Shown: positions 19,911-30,158, counted from the stretch's first letter. The stretch: DNA of 64,000 bases from an uncultured Acidobacteriota bacterium (GCA_963741135.1 CAVUHC010000002.1:255413-319412), one strand, 5' to 3'. The notes: generated by a model not told the origin, from the letters alone. Made by a program: numbers and translations.

Positions 19911-21800
19911 ATGAGGACGTCCGGTTACTACTCTTCGCTCGGCCTCTGTTTCGCGCTCTCGTTCCTGGTCTTCCCTGTCCTGTACTCAACCTACGCCCAG
20001 CAGCCGGCACCACTGGTTATCGAGGGCGGCACCCTGATTGACGGCAACGGAGGAGCGCCGGTTCGAGACTCGGTAATCGTCATCCAGGGGAACAAGATCA
20101 CGGCCGTATCGCGCAAGGGGCAGAGCACTACTCCCCCCAACGCGCGGGTCATCAATGCGGCTGGCAAGTTCGTCCTGCCAGGTCTCTGGGATTCGCAGGT
20201 TGCCTACAGTTGGTACTTCGGCGAGGCGATGCTCAATCACGGCATCACGGCGAGCATCGATGTCGGCACCGACCAGGAGACCGCCGTGCCGCATCGGGAC
20301 TCCGTGCTCCACGGCAAGGTCCTCGCCCCTCGCTCATATACCGGAATCGTACGAATTGGCTCGCAGCTCGATGAGACCGGCTTCGAGATGCCGCTCAACA
20401 CGATTCGCAAGCCCCATTCCCTCGAGGACACGCGCGAGATTGTTCGCACGGTGCTCAACGCCGGCGCTGATTACGTCATCTTTTACGACGGCGCAATGCC
20501 GTTCGACTGGTACAAGGCGGGCGTCGAGGAAGCGCACAAGATGGGCAAGCCGGCATTCGTGCGCGCGTACGGCCCGGGAATCTTCCCGGCGCAAGCGGCC
20601 GAGATCGGGGCTGCACAGTTGCCGCACTCCGCCGGGATCCCGCTCGCCGTCGCGAAGAATCCGTCACAGTTCCGCCAGGGACGCGATGATCGCAACGAGC
20701 TGGACAAGTACGCCGACATGGACGACGCGAAGGCAGCGGATCTGATCAAGACGCTGGTCGCGCATCACGTCGCGCTGGTTCCGACCTTCATGATCAATTA
20801 CAGGGGTTATCCGAAGGACTGGGATCGATACACCGCCGAAGCGCATGACTGGTTCAAGGATCCCAACCTCCTCAAGTACTACCCCGCCGAGGCGATGAAA
20901 TCCGCCCTTGCGGCCTACACCGAGATCGATCAGGGCGCTGTGCGGGAGCGCCGGCTCAAAGGATGGGAGAACGTCAAGCGCTTCCACAAGATGTTCGTCG
21001 ATGCGGGAGGACACCTCTGCGTGTCAGGCAACCTGAATGATCGGTACGTCCCCGGACTCGAGCTTTTTCAGGAAATGCGGATCATGACTGAAGTGGGACT
21101 CACGCCGATGCAGATAATCCAGGGGTCCACGAAGTGTGCGGCCGAATTGGTCCAGAAACAGGACTCTCTCGGTACCGTCGAAGCCGGCAAGATCGCGGAC
21201 ATCCTCATCGTCTCCGCCGACCCGCTGAAGGATATCGAGAATCTCAAGAAAACCGACACGGTGATCTTCGACGGCAAGGTGATCGATCGGAGCTATCACG
21301 GCGAACTACACGACGACGTTCAATCCTCCAGGCGACCAGCCCAGTCCTGCCGTGGAAGGATTGCCGTGGGTCGTCGCCTTGATGAAGGTCGGCCGCGGCG
21401 GCGGCGCGGCGGCCGAAGGCGAAGGCCGAGGTGCGGCGATCCCGGTCGCCGATCCCGCGAGCTCACCGCAGCCCGCCATCCAGAAGTTCGATCCGTACAT
21501 CGTGACGCAGAGCACCTCGTCTTCCACCGCCCCAGCCACGGTCACGGTCAAGGGAATCAACTTCGTGCGCCGGTCCACCGTGCATTTCAAGGGCAAGCCT
21601 GTTCCGACGCAGGTGGTAAGTCCGACGGAGATCCGGTTCACGCTGGACGCTGAGGCGCTTACGAACGCCAGGTCGGTTCGACTTCGTCGTGGTGAACCCG
21701 GCGCCGGTGGCTCCGCTGTTTACCAGGGGGATGTGGGGCAACGGCACGTCGAACACGGCGCACCTGATCGTCAACTACAAGTACGAGGTGGAAGAGCGCC
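19911..21800 (+). pseudogene. Secreted amidohydrolase with C-terminal IPT/TIG-like domain; at least two frame breaks (about 21300 and 21669); 3' end undefined
   Basis: Signal peptide and amidohydrolase body in ORF 19911-21653. It continues as ANYTTTFNPPGD...TVTVKGINF...SPTEIRFTL (21352 frame), then GRFDFVVVNPAPV...LIVNYKYE (21689 frame). No stop in any forward frame across 21780-21935. Confidence 0.65.
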
Positions 21801-21919
21801 AGTCGGGTACCCTTTCGCCGCAGCGCCGCTCCAAGAGCGTCGGGTGTTCCAGCCCTCAGGGTACGGTTTTGCCTCGCCGGGCGTTATTACAGAAGGAACG
21901 AGACACGGCGCGGGACGCA

Positions 21920-22489
21920 ATGTCAGGCCTGTACATGGAAACGACAATCGACCTGTTGGCTCGAGTGAAGGGTGGGGACAAGGCCGCTGTGAACGAACTT
22001 GTCGAGCGGTCGCTGCCCCCGTTGCGCCGTTGGGCGCGTGGCCGGCTGCCGCAATGGGCACGCGGACTCGCCGAAACCCAGGATCTGGTCCAGGACGCGG
22101 TTCTACGCACCCTCCCGCGCCTGGCCTCCTTTGAGGCCACAAACCCGGGCGCGCTTCAGGCGTTTCTTCGTCAGGCGGTAGCCAACCACATCATCGATGA
22201 AATCCGGAAGGTCAAGAGGCGCCCGACTGGCGAATTGCCGGAATCGGAGGCTGATCCTGCACCCTCTCCCCTCGAGCACGCGATCGGACGCGAGGGTGTT
22301 GAGCGCTACGAGGCAGGGCTGCAACGATTGACACCCGCCGACCGCGAAGCGATCGTGGCGCGTATCGAGCTCCAGCAAAGCTATGAAGAGGTCGCCATCG
22401 CCCTCGGCAAACCGAACGCGAACGCGGCTCGAACGGCGGTGGTCCGCGCGATCACCCGTCTGGTCGAGGCCATGGCGTACGAGCGGTAG
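21920..22489 (+). CDS. ECF-type RNA polymerase sigma factor (kinase-associated type)
   Basis: Region 2 (ETQDLVQDAVLR) and region 4 (SYEEVAIALGKPNANAARTAVVRA). Start at ATG 21920 or 21935. Followed by a Ser/Thr kinase. Confidence 0.8.
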   Translation: MSGLYMETTIDLLARVKGGDKAAVNELVERSLPPLRRWARGRLPQWARGLAETQDLVQDAVLRTLPRLASFEATNPGALQAFLRQAVANHIIDEIRKVKRRPTGELPESEADPAPSPLEHAIGREGVERYEAGLQRLTPADREAIVARIELQQSYEEVAIALGKPNANAARTAVVRAITRLVEAMAYER

Positions 22490-22625
22490 GGGCGTCCGGG
22501 TCTCCACGGACGCCTGACAATCTCAGTTAGCTTCCCTCTATTCGCACGCGGCACCGGCCGCATCGTCCCACTTCATTGAAATTACCACCCTGCGGTCGCA
22601 GTAATATTCGCCCATTCACCCAAGA

Positions 22626-24608
22626 ATGGACGACGAATCCAACAAGCTTGCCGACCTGATCGATTCCGTCGCCGACGGCGGTCCGATTGATTGGGATGCT
22701 ATCGAACGGATCGCCACCGATGCGGTGCTCCGTCGCCTCATGCAAGAGCTCCGGACCGTTGCCGGTGTCGCCGCGGTGCATCGCTCCGAGATCGACGGTA
22801 GCGAGGTCGACGGTAGCGAGGAGCAGCCCACTGCCGGTACGACGCGAGAGGGAGCTGACGGCGTAGTCGGTCAGTGGGGTCACTTTCAGTTGGTGCGGAA
22901 GATTGGCGAGGGCTCGTTCGGGGAGGTTTATCACGCCCGCGATACCTGGCTCGATCATGACGTGGCGCTGAAATTGGTCAAACAGCAACTGGTCGATCGC
23001 TCCAGGTTTCTCCACGAAGCCCGCACTCTCGCGCAGATCAGGCATCCGAACGTAGTCGCGATCCATGGCGGAGATGTGCATGACGGGCGCCTTGGTTTCT
23101 GGATGGAGCTCATTCAGGGCCACACGCTCGCGGATGTCGTTGCGCGCGAAGGCGTCCGCAGCGCCGGCGAGGCAGCGGTTCTGGGGCAGGACCTCTGTCG
23201 CGCGATTGCGGCGGTGCACGCGACCAAGATCGTCCATCGCGACATCAAGGCGCAGAACGTGATGCGGCAGTCAGGGACCGGCCGCATCGTTCTCATGGAC
23301 TTCGGGGCTGGAGAGGCGATGCAGGCGCCGCGCGGATCTGGCTTTCGCCTCACCGGGACGCCGCTGTATCTCGCTCCCGAACTGTTCAACCTCAGTCCTG
23401 CGACCGTGCAGACAGACATTTACGCACTTGGAGTTCTTCTGTTCTATGTCGTCACTCAGAGTTTTCCCGTGCAGGGAAATTCAATGGACGAACTGGTCGT
23501 GGCACACAAGAAGGGAGAGCGCCGTCACCTCGGCGATGTGCGGCCGGATCTGCCAGACGCCTTTGTACGAGTAGTTGAAACGATGCTCGCATCCGTGCCC
23601 TCGCAGCGGTATCTCACGGCCACCAGCGCTCGCGCAGCGCTCGAGGCAGTAGTGGTTCCAAGCATGCCACACGCAATCGTGCCTGGCACCGGATCATCGT
23701 CGAATTCCTCGACCGCACAGGGACGCCGGTTGATGTTGGCCGCGAGCATCGTCACGCTCGTTTTCGCCTTTATCGCCGTCATGGGGCTGGTGAGCACGGC
23801 TGCATTCAACCTGACGTTCGGTCGGAGCGGTTTCGCTTCGGAGTCTCCCTTTCAACTCTCAGCGCCGGTAATAGGATCCGTGGTGACGTGGTTCGTCTGG
23901 GGAGCGAGATCGCTGGTCTCTCCGGGTGTCCGAATCATGATGGCGCTGATGGCTGTCACGCTCATGGTCGCGGCGGCGCGGGTCTTCTGCAGGCTGTTTC
24001 CGCGCGCCGGCGAAGCGGCGTTGGGTGTACGCCGAATTTGCCACGAATTTGCTCATGCGCGTCAACTGGACGATGCGAATCTGCTGCTTCAGGTGGTGGC
24101 AGGTATCGGTGCGCTCGGGTTTGCCTTGATCGGTTTGACGTTCTGGCAGGACGCCACAATTTTCGCCACGTACATCAACGACGCTCCCACAGAGCAGTTA
24201 TCGGTGCTCCAGCCGGCGAATGGCCCTCACTACGATGTCTACGCCCGCCTGCTGGAGCTGGGGCTGTTCCTGTACGGTTTGGTGGCGTACGTCGTTTACT
24301 CCACAGCGCGGCGATCCCATGCTCGTGTTCACCCCGCGGTCACCGCGGGCGTGGTCGCGGTGCCTGCGCTGGCGCTGGTATTAATGCGGGAATTGCCGTA
24401 CCGGATCGTGTACCAGAACGAGTTCGGCCGTGTGGACCTGCAAAACACACGGTGTTACGAGATTGGGCGACGGCCAGGAGAAGTCCTGCTGCACTGCCCG
24501 GATGTTGTGCCGCCTCGCAATCAGGTCGTCAGCGATGCCGATCCCCGGCTGCGACCGCGAGGGGTTGTTGAAAGCGTCTTCACGCCACGTGAACAGTCGA
24601 GGCGGTGA
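22626..24608 (+). CDS. Ser/Thr protein kinase with large C-terminal polytopic membrane domain
   Basis: GEGSFGEV, VALK, HRDIKAQN, DFG and APE motifs, followed by about 300 aa with multiple TM helices. Confidence 0.9.
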   Translation: MDDESNKLADLIDSVADGGPIDWDAIERIATDAVLRRLMQELRTVAGVAAVHRSEIDGSEVDGSEEQPTAGTTREGADGVVGQWGHFQLVRKIGEGSFGEVYHARDTWLDHDVALKLVKQQLVDRSRFLHEARTLAQIRHPNVVAIHGGDVHDGRLGFWMELIQGHTLADVVAREGVRSAGEAAVLGQDLCRAIAAVHATKIVHRDIKAQNVMRQSGTGRIVLMDFGAGEAMQAPRGSGFRLTGTPLYLAPELFNLSPATVQTDIYALGVLLFYVVTQSFPVQGNSMDELVVAHKKGERRHLGDVRPDLPDAFVRVVETMLASVPSQRYLTATSARAALEAVVVPSMPHAIVPGTGSSSNSSTAQGRRLMLAASIVTLVFAFIAVMGLVSTAAFNLTFGRSGFASESPFQLSAPVIGSVVTWFVWGARSLVSPGVRIMMALMAVTLMVAAARVFCRLFPRAGEAALGVRRICHEFAHARQLDDANLLLQVVAGIGALGFALIGLTFWQDATIFATYINDAPTEQLSVLQPANGPHYDVYARLLELGLFLYGLVAYVVYSTARRSHARVHPAVTAGVVAVPALALVLMRELPYRIVYQNEFGRVDLQNTRCYEIGRRPGEVLLHCPDVVPPRNQVVSDADPRLRPRGVVESVFTPREQSRR

Positions 24609-24646
24609 AGCATGCGTCCCCGCTGGGACGGAGAGGACGATGCGTG

Positions 24647-25471
24647 ATGAAAGCCGTCAGATTCGTACTCGTGCTTGTGATTGCCTGGGGCATGCAGTCG
24701 GGGGTGTCTTACGCGATGGCAGACTGGCTCGACAAGTTGAGCGGTCCGGGTCCTTTCCGAGGATGGACCGTGAGCTACCGCTTTCTGTGTGTGACGAACA
24801 CTGCGGACCAGACAAGTTTCAGGAAGGTTTCGATTACTGATGCAACACTCGATGAACAAGGAAGAACTGTGGCGACATGGCTTGGTCCGCACGAGCGAAC
24901 GGCTTTTGTTGTCCCTCGTAGAGCGCCGATGGTGGACCAGAACCCGCCATCCATGTTGACTGAGGCGGGCCTCCGCGATTATCGAAAAGGCGTCGCAGAA
25001 ACAGATTGCAAGAGGGATCAACGCCTGCGCGGCTATGTCAGCGTCACGGCTGGACTCTACAACAGCTATGAAAACCAGTTGTTCCCGAACGATCTCAGTA
25101 ACCATGACCACCGGGTCCGGATTTCCGAGTTAAGCGTGACGTATACGAGGCGACTTCAGAAGGCACTGGACGTCTACGCCGGGGTTGGAATCAGTCGTTT
25201 CTCAGGACCTGCGTTCGACACTTTCTACCACGGCTCATTTACGCCGCTTGGTCTCGAGTTCGCGCCGGTCGCACTCAAGAATGACGGGACCACAAGCAGG
25301 GTGCTCAAGTTTGGTGTCGCCCTGACCACCTTCTTTCCAGGCTTTGACTCGCACGACTTCTGCAACCCCGACATCGTCTCGTGCGCCGGAATCCGAGCCG
25401 ACTTCAAGAGCCGCGCCGAACTCATCCCGAAGTTGTCGGTCACTGTCGACGTGTCACAGCTCTTGCCGTGA
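24647..25471 (+). CDS. Hypothetical secreted protein (possibly beta-barrel), low-GC gene
   Basis: Signal peptide MKAVRFVLVLVIAWGMQSGVSYA. Hand counts of two 60-nt blocks give 47% and 55% GC, against about two-thirds elsewhere. Confidence 0.5.
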   Translation: MKAVRFVLVLVIAWGMQSGVSYAMADWLDKLSGPGPFRGWTVSYRFLCVTNTADQTSFRKVSITDATLDEQGRTVATWLGPHERTAFVVPRRAPMVDQNPPSMLTEAGLRDYRKGVAETDCKRDQRLRGYVSVTAGLYNSYENQLFPNDLSNHDHRVRISELSVTYTRRLQKALDVYAGVGISRFSGPAFDTFYHGSFTPLGLEFAPVALKNDGTTSRVLKFGVALTTFFPGFDSHDFCNPDIVSCAGIRADFKSRAELIPKLSVTVDVSQLLP

Positions 25472-25518
25472 GCGCACCGCAAACACGTACCCAGTCCGCG
25501 GTGCTACGGACTCCATGC

Positions 25519-27423
25519 TCAGAGAGGTTCAGGTGCTTCCGCCGAAAGGCTCCGCAACCGATCGGAGACCTTCAGGAAAGCGTCGATGACATCTGGATCG
25601 AAGTGTGTGCCGTTGCCCTTGACGATGAACGCAACGGCGTCGTCGTACGACATCGGCTGTCGATAAAGTCGGCGGGTGAGGATGGCGTCGAGCACGTCGA
25701 CGAGAGCCATCACCCTTCCGGGCACGGGGATCTCCGTCCCATGAAGGCCCTGGGGATAGCCTGTGCCGTCCCACTTTTCGTGGTGGGTATAGACGATCTC
25801 CTTCGCCATCGCGAGAATCACGTCATCGTGCGTTCCCACCGCCTTCTCGGCGTTCACGATGACATCGCGGCCATGGGCCGGGTGCCGGCGCATTTCCACG
25901 AGCTCGTCCGGCGTAAGCGCTCCAGGCTTGTTCAGCAGTTGATCGGGCACACCCACCTTGCCGATGTCGTGAAGCGGTGCGAGGCTCGAGAGCAGCTCGA
26001 TAGTCTGGGGTGTCAGGTAGTCGCTGAACTTCGGATTCCTGGCGAGCTGCTCGGCCAGGATTCTGGTGTACCGCTGGGTGCGCCGCGAATGCTGGCCAGT
26101 CTCCGCATCCCTGACTTCCGTGAGCGACAGCAGCGATTGAACCATCAGTCGCCGTGATATGTGCGTATCCTGCACGGCCCGATCGGCGCGGCGATGCTCG
26201 ACCGTGAACCGCCCGACGACCATCCCGGCGAACGTAGAGGTGAGCCCCATGGTTGGAAAGAGCGGCGACATGAAACGACCATCGGCGGCAACCACTGAGA
26301 TGGCCCCGGCCCACACCGCGACGAGGCATATCGCCGTGCCGAGCGCGCCCCATGCAAGTCCCAGCCGACCCACCACCAGCACCACGACCATACCGAGTGC
26401 GAGCACGATCTGTGACTCGAGCGCGACACCGTACTCGGGTCGATAAATGAAATCCTGCTGCAACAGGTTGTCGGCGACGGTGGCGTGAACTTCGACGCCT
26501 GCAAACAGCGTATCCAGGGGAGTTGACACAACCTCGCGTGTGCCGAGGGCCGTCGTCCCGACGAAGACGAGCTTGTTTTTGAAGGTGTCCTCGTGCGCCA
26601 GGCCGCTCAGCACGTCCGCGGCCGAGACGTACTGCAAAGTGCGCCTGGTCCCTCGAAACCGCAGCAGCAGATTGCTCTTCCCGTCGAGCGGGACGTTCCG
26701 ATCACCGAACGCCAACGTCGCGGTGTTGACGTTGACGACGTGAAGCGAGATGTCGTGGGTACCAGTGGTCGCAGCGACCGCCGCCAGGGCGAGGGCAGGA
26801 TACGTGCGGCCATCAAGCTCCATCAGCATGGGAACGCGTCTCAGGATCCCGTCGGAATCGGGCGCGGCGTTCAGAAATCCCGAGGCGCCCGCCGCCTGCG
26901 TCAGGATCGGAAGGCTGCAGATTGCGCCCGTTGCTCGAAAGAACGGATCGTCCGACGCATCGGCGCGTCCGATGATGGCAAGGCCTACCGGATGCTGGAC
27001 ACATGCGCTGGCTCCGTCGGAGGCGCCCTCGAACGTCAGGGCATAACCAACCACAACGCGGCCCGGCCGAAGCGCGTGAGCCAGCGCTTCGTCTGAGCCC
27101 GTGCCTTCGTATCGGTCGGACTCCGCGAAGATGATGTCGAGCGCGACGGCGGACGCCCCGAGATCCCGCAAGCGCGTGATGAGATCGCCGACGATATCGC
27201 GACGCCAGGGCCATTGGCCGATCGCCGACAAGCTGCGTTCGTCCACGTCCACAATCACAACCTGGCTGCCGGGCGGATGCGCCCGGGCAGAGCGAACGAC
27301 CGTGTCGTAGACGCCGTATTCGAGGTTCTCGAGGACCTGGGGCCGGTAGACCGAGAGCCCGGCCACGACAAGCGTCGGCAACAGACCAGTCAGAAGGACA
27401 AGAGGGCGGGCTCGAGTCTTCAT
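25519..27423 (-). CDS. CHASE2 sensor domain / HD-GYP c-di-GMP phosphodiesterase
   Basis: N-terminal CHASE2 (VIVDVDERSLSAIGQWPWRR), TM cluster, C-terminal HD...HHEKWDGTGYP. Confidence 0.85.
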   Translation of the reverse strand: MKTRARPLVLLTGLLPTLVVAGLSVYRPQVLENLEYGVYDTVVRSARAHPPGSQVVIVDVDERSLSAIGQWPWRRDIVGDLITRLRDLGASAVALDIIFAESDRYEGTGSDEALAHALRPGRVVVGYALTFEGASDGASACVQHPVGLAIIGRADASDDPFFRATGAICSLPILTQAAGASGFLNAAPDSDGILRRVPMLMELDGRTYPALALAAVAATTGTHDISLHVVNVNTATLAFGDRNVPLDGKSNLLLRFRGTRRTLQYVSAADVLSGLAHEDTFKNKLVFVGTTALGTREVVSTPLDTLFAGVEVHATVADNLLQQDFIYRPEYGVALESQIVLALGMVVVLVVGRLGLAWGALGTAICLVAVWAGAISVVAADGRFMSPLFPTMGLTSTFAGMVVGRFTVEHRRADRAVQDTHISRRLMVQSLLSLTEVRDAETGQHSRRTQRYTRILAEQLARNPKFSDYLTPQTIELLSSLAPLHDIGKVGVPDQLLNKPGALTPDELVEMRRHPAHGRDVIVNAEKAVGTHDDVILAMAKEIVYTHHEKWDGTGYPQGLHGTEIPVPGRVMALVDVLDAILTRRLYRQPMSYDDAVAFIVKGNGTHFDPDVIDAFLKVSDRLRSLSAEAPEPL

Positions 27424-28058
27424 CGGACCGCGATTTCGACTCGACGATTGCGAGGCTCAGCGACCTCGTCGACGGTGCGAACCAGCAGATCCGACTCGCC
27501 ATGCGAGATGACTTCGACAGCTGACGCGTCGAGGCCGGCTTCGACAAGGAGGTCGCGAACAGTATTGGCGCGCTTGAGCCCGAGCTCGAAGTTCGTGGCA
27601 GATACGCCCATCGTGTCCGTGTGTCCCACGGCGACCACATCGGGAACCGGCCTGGCTCTGATGGCGCCCAGAATGTCCGGGACGAGCGCGCGACTCTCCT
27701 CAGTCAATACCTCGGAGTCGAAGCGGAAGTAGAGCGTGAAGTATTGCGCGGGGGGCGGAAGGGCTGCGAGCGCATCGCCGAACAGCCGATTTATTTCGGC
27801 CTCGCTCATCGTGCTGACCGGCGAAGGCGGCTGGCCCGCAGAGGCGATGGTTGAATCCCGAGCGGCCGCCAGGTCGACCGCTCCGGAAGGGTTTGAGACC
27901 GTCGCGCGCCCAACTTCGCCACTTGCGGTGTCGGGCAGCAGCACGATCAGGTCCTGGCCCGGGCGTTGAGGAGTTCGAATCTGCTGTGGCCCGCACGACC
28001 ACAGTGACCCAGCCACAGACATCGCCGTCAGAACGGCGATCCGGCGTCGACTATTCAT
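27420..28058 (-). CDS. OmpA-family lipoprotein
   Basis: Lipobox GSLWSC. OmpA C-terminal domain (GHTDTMGVSATNFELGLKRANTV...RRVEI). 4-nt overlaps with both neighbours. Confidence 0.85.
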   Translation of the reverse strand: MNSRRRIAVLTAMSVAGSLWSCGPQQIRTPQRPGQDLIVLLPDTASGEVGRATVSNPSGAVDLAAARDSTIASAGQPPSPVSTMSEAEINRLFGDALAALPPPAQYFTLYFRFDSEVLTEESRALVPDILGAIRARPVPDVVAVGHTDTMGVSATNFELGLKRANTVRDLLVEAGLDASAVEVISHGESDLLVRTVDEVAEPRNRRVEIAVR

Positions 28059-28504
28059 TCCGGCAGGACACGGACAGCCAGCGTGGTCCCGCGTACGCCC
28101 ACAATCGCGCCTGGTGCTTCGAGCCGAATCGAATCAGGCGAGAGCTTGGCAATCCGCCCCGAGACGTATGCGACGACGCCGCGGACGATCCTCAGAACGA
28201 GTCCGACCTGGCTCTCGGCGGGCGCATAGGCGAAGCGATCCAGCCGTACCTCGCTGTTCGGGCCAAGGGAGAGGCGTGTGTCGTCCCTCAGAGTGATCCC
28301 TATGCGGCCACCAGCGCCTGTTCTCAGGCCGTCGGCCTGGAAGACCGCCTGCCCCGCCTGCGCTGGCACGAGCGCGCCGGCGCGGACGATGAACGCCGAT
28401 CCCGTTACGACCTTGATACGGCCGACGTCCACAGGCTGCTGGCTGAATGCAGGCTCCGCCATGAGTACAAACAGAAGCGCAGCAACCCAGCTTCGTAAGT
28501 TCAT
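28055..28504 (-). CDS. FecR-domain periplasmic protein
   Basis: Signal peptide followed by a FecR-like beta-sandwich sequence (GRIKVVTGSAFIVRAG...VGVRGTTLAV). Confidence 0.7.
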   Translation of the reverse strand: MNLRSWVAALLFVLMAEPAFSQQPVDVGRIKVVTGSAFIVRAGALVPAQAGQAVFQADGLRTGAGGRIGITLRDDTRLSLGPNSEVRLDRFAYAPAESQVGLVLRIVRGVVAYVSGRIAKLSPDSIRLEAPGAIVGVRGTTLAVRVLPE

Positions 28505-28683
28505 GACGCTCCTATTTTGAGGGGACTCAACGATACTCCCTTCCCGGCCAGACCCGCCAACTCGCGACCGCCGTTACCCCGGGCGAAAGCTCGTACGGAC
28601 GATGGAAATCGCTTTCCTCTGGCAAAACGGCGTGATGACCAACTCGAGGAAGAGGCCGCTGACGCTCAGCTCAGGCGAGGTGA

Positions 28684-29652
28684 TCATGGAGACACCACGG
28701 GCGTGATTGGCGGTTGACCCGACAGCACTGCCGCGACGTTGCGAACGGCGAGATCGGCCATCGCTGTCCGGGTCTCGACGGTGCCGCTGCCGAGGTGCGG
28801 CACGAGCATCACGTTTTCGAGCGTGAGCAGCTCGGGCTCGACGTTCGGCTCCTGCTCGAACACGTCGAGCCCCGCGCCGGCGATGAGCCGCATGCGCAGC
28901 GCCCAGGCGAGCGCCTTCTCGTCGATGACAGGTCCGCGCGACGTGTTGATCAAGTACGCACTGCGCTTCATGCGCGCCAGCGCCGGCTGATCGATCAGGT
29001 GCTTCGTCTCCGGCGTCAGCGGGCAGTGCAGCGAGACGACGTCGGATGTGGACGAGCAGGCGATCGAGCGGCATCGCTTCAGCGTCGGGATCGTTCTTCG
29101 GCGTGCGGCTCGTATAAGCGATGCGCATGCCGAACGCCCGGCCGCGCGCCGCAACGGCGCGGCCGATGCCGCCGTAGCCGACGATCCCCAGCTGCTTGCC
29201 GCGCAGCTCGGACGCCCAGCATGAAGTCGAAGGTCCATCCCTTCCACCCGCCGCGTCGGACCAGCCGCTCGCCTTCGCCGATGCGCCGCGTGATCCCGAG
29301 AATCAGCGCCCAGGTCAGATCGGCGGTCGCGTCGGTCAGCACGCCGGGCGTGTTCGTGACGATCACGCCGCGCTCGCGCGCGGCCGCCGCGTCGATGTTG
29401 TTGTAGCCCACGGCGGCGTTCGCGATGATCTTCAGCTCCGTGCCCGCCTCGATGACCGCCTTGTCGACGGCATCGGTGATCATGCTGACGAGCGCCTGTT
29501 TGCCGGCGACTCTCGCGACGAGCTCGTCGTGCGGCATGACGTCGACACCGTCCTTGGCGGTATTGATCGACGTCACCGATCGATTCGAGCCTGGCGAGAA
29601 CCGACGAGGGGATCTTGCCGGTGAGAAGAATGGAGGGTCGCGCGCCGCTCAA
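28684..29652 (-). pseudogene. D-isomer-specific 2-hydroxyacid dehydrogenase (glyoxylate/hydroxypyruvate reductase-like); about 3 frame breaks
   Basis: Pieces lie in three frames: ARPSILLTGKIP..., then VGYNNIDAAAARERGVIVTNTPGV, then GIVGYGGIGRAVA..., then LHCPLTPETKHLI...RGPVIDE...LDVFEQEP...PHLGS. The TTG start overlaps the upstream stop (TTGA). Confidence 0.85.
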
Positions 29653-29883
29653 TGTCCCATCGACCTGCAATAGCCGCAGTGATTGCACATCACGGCGGGC
29701 TCGATGATGCACGGACCGTCGGCATCCGCGCCGGAACGACCGGAAAGACGGCGCCGGGTCGCGTGCGCGGTCAGGGTTCGCCAGGTCCGCGGCGGTTCGC
29801 GAAGGTGCGCGGGTGCTGGTTCGGGCGCGCGCTGACGCGGCGATCGCCTGGCGAACGAGCGCCCGTAGTTCCTGCTCGGTCAT
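29649..29883 (-). pseudogene. About 77-aa protein: amphipathic N-terminal helix plus C-terminal Cys motif (C-x10-C-x2-C-x2-C); internal frame break
   Basis: N-terminus MTEQELRALVRQAIAA. The C-terminus in another frame reads DADGPCIIEPAVMCNHCGYCRSMGH followed by a stop. ATGA overlap with the upstream BMC-P gene. Confidence 0.55.
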
Positions 29884-30153
29884 TCCTGAACGTCCACCTG
29901 GTCGATGATGCCGATGACGGCGGCATCGACGGGCGCTCCCTTGCGGCCAAGCGCTTCGCCGGCGGCGCGTCCCTCCAGAACGATCAAGCACCTTCTCGTG
30001 CACGCCGGCACCGACCGAATCGACGGCCAGGAGCGGAGTGCCGCGCGGCGTGTCATCCAATGAGACGGGCTGCACCAGCAGGAGCTTCGCACCTTCGAAC
30101 TTGAGGTGCTTCTGTGTCGCCACGACGGTGCCGATGACTCTGGCAATCTGCAT
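29880..30153 (-). pseudogene. BMC-P (EutN/CcmL) pentamer shell protein 3; one frame break near 29985
   Basis: MQIARVIGTVVATQKHLKFEGAKLLLVQP...AVDSVGAGV in one frame, then VLIVLEGRAAGEALGRKGAPVDAAVIGIIDQV in ORF 29880-30146. Confidence 0.85.
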
Positions 30154-30158
30154 TTCTT

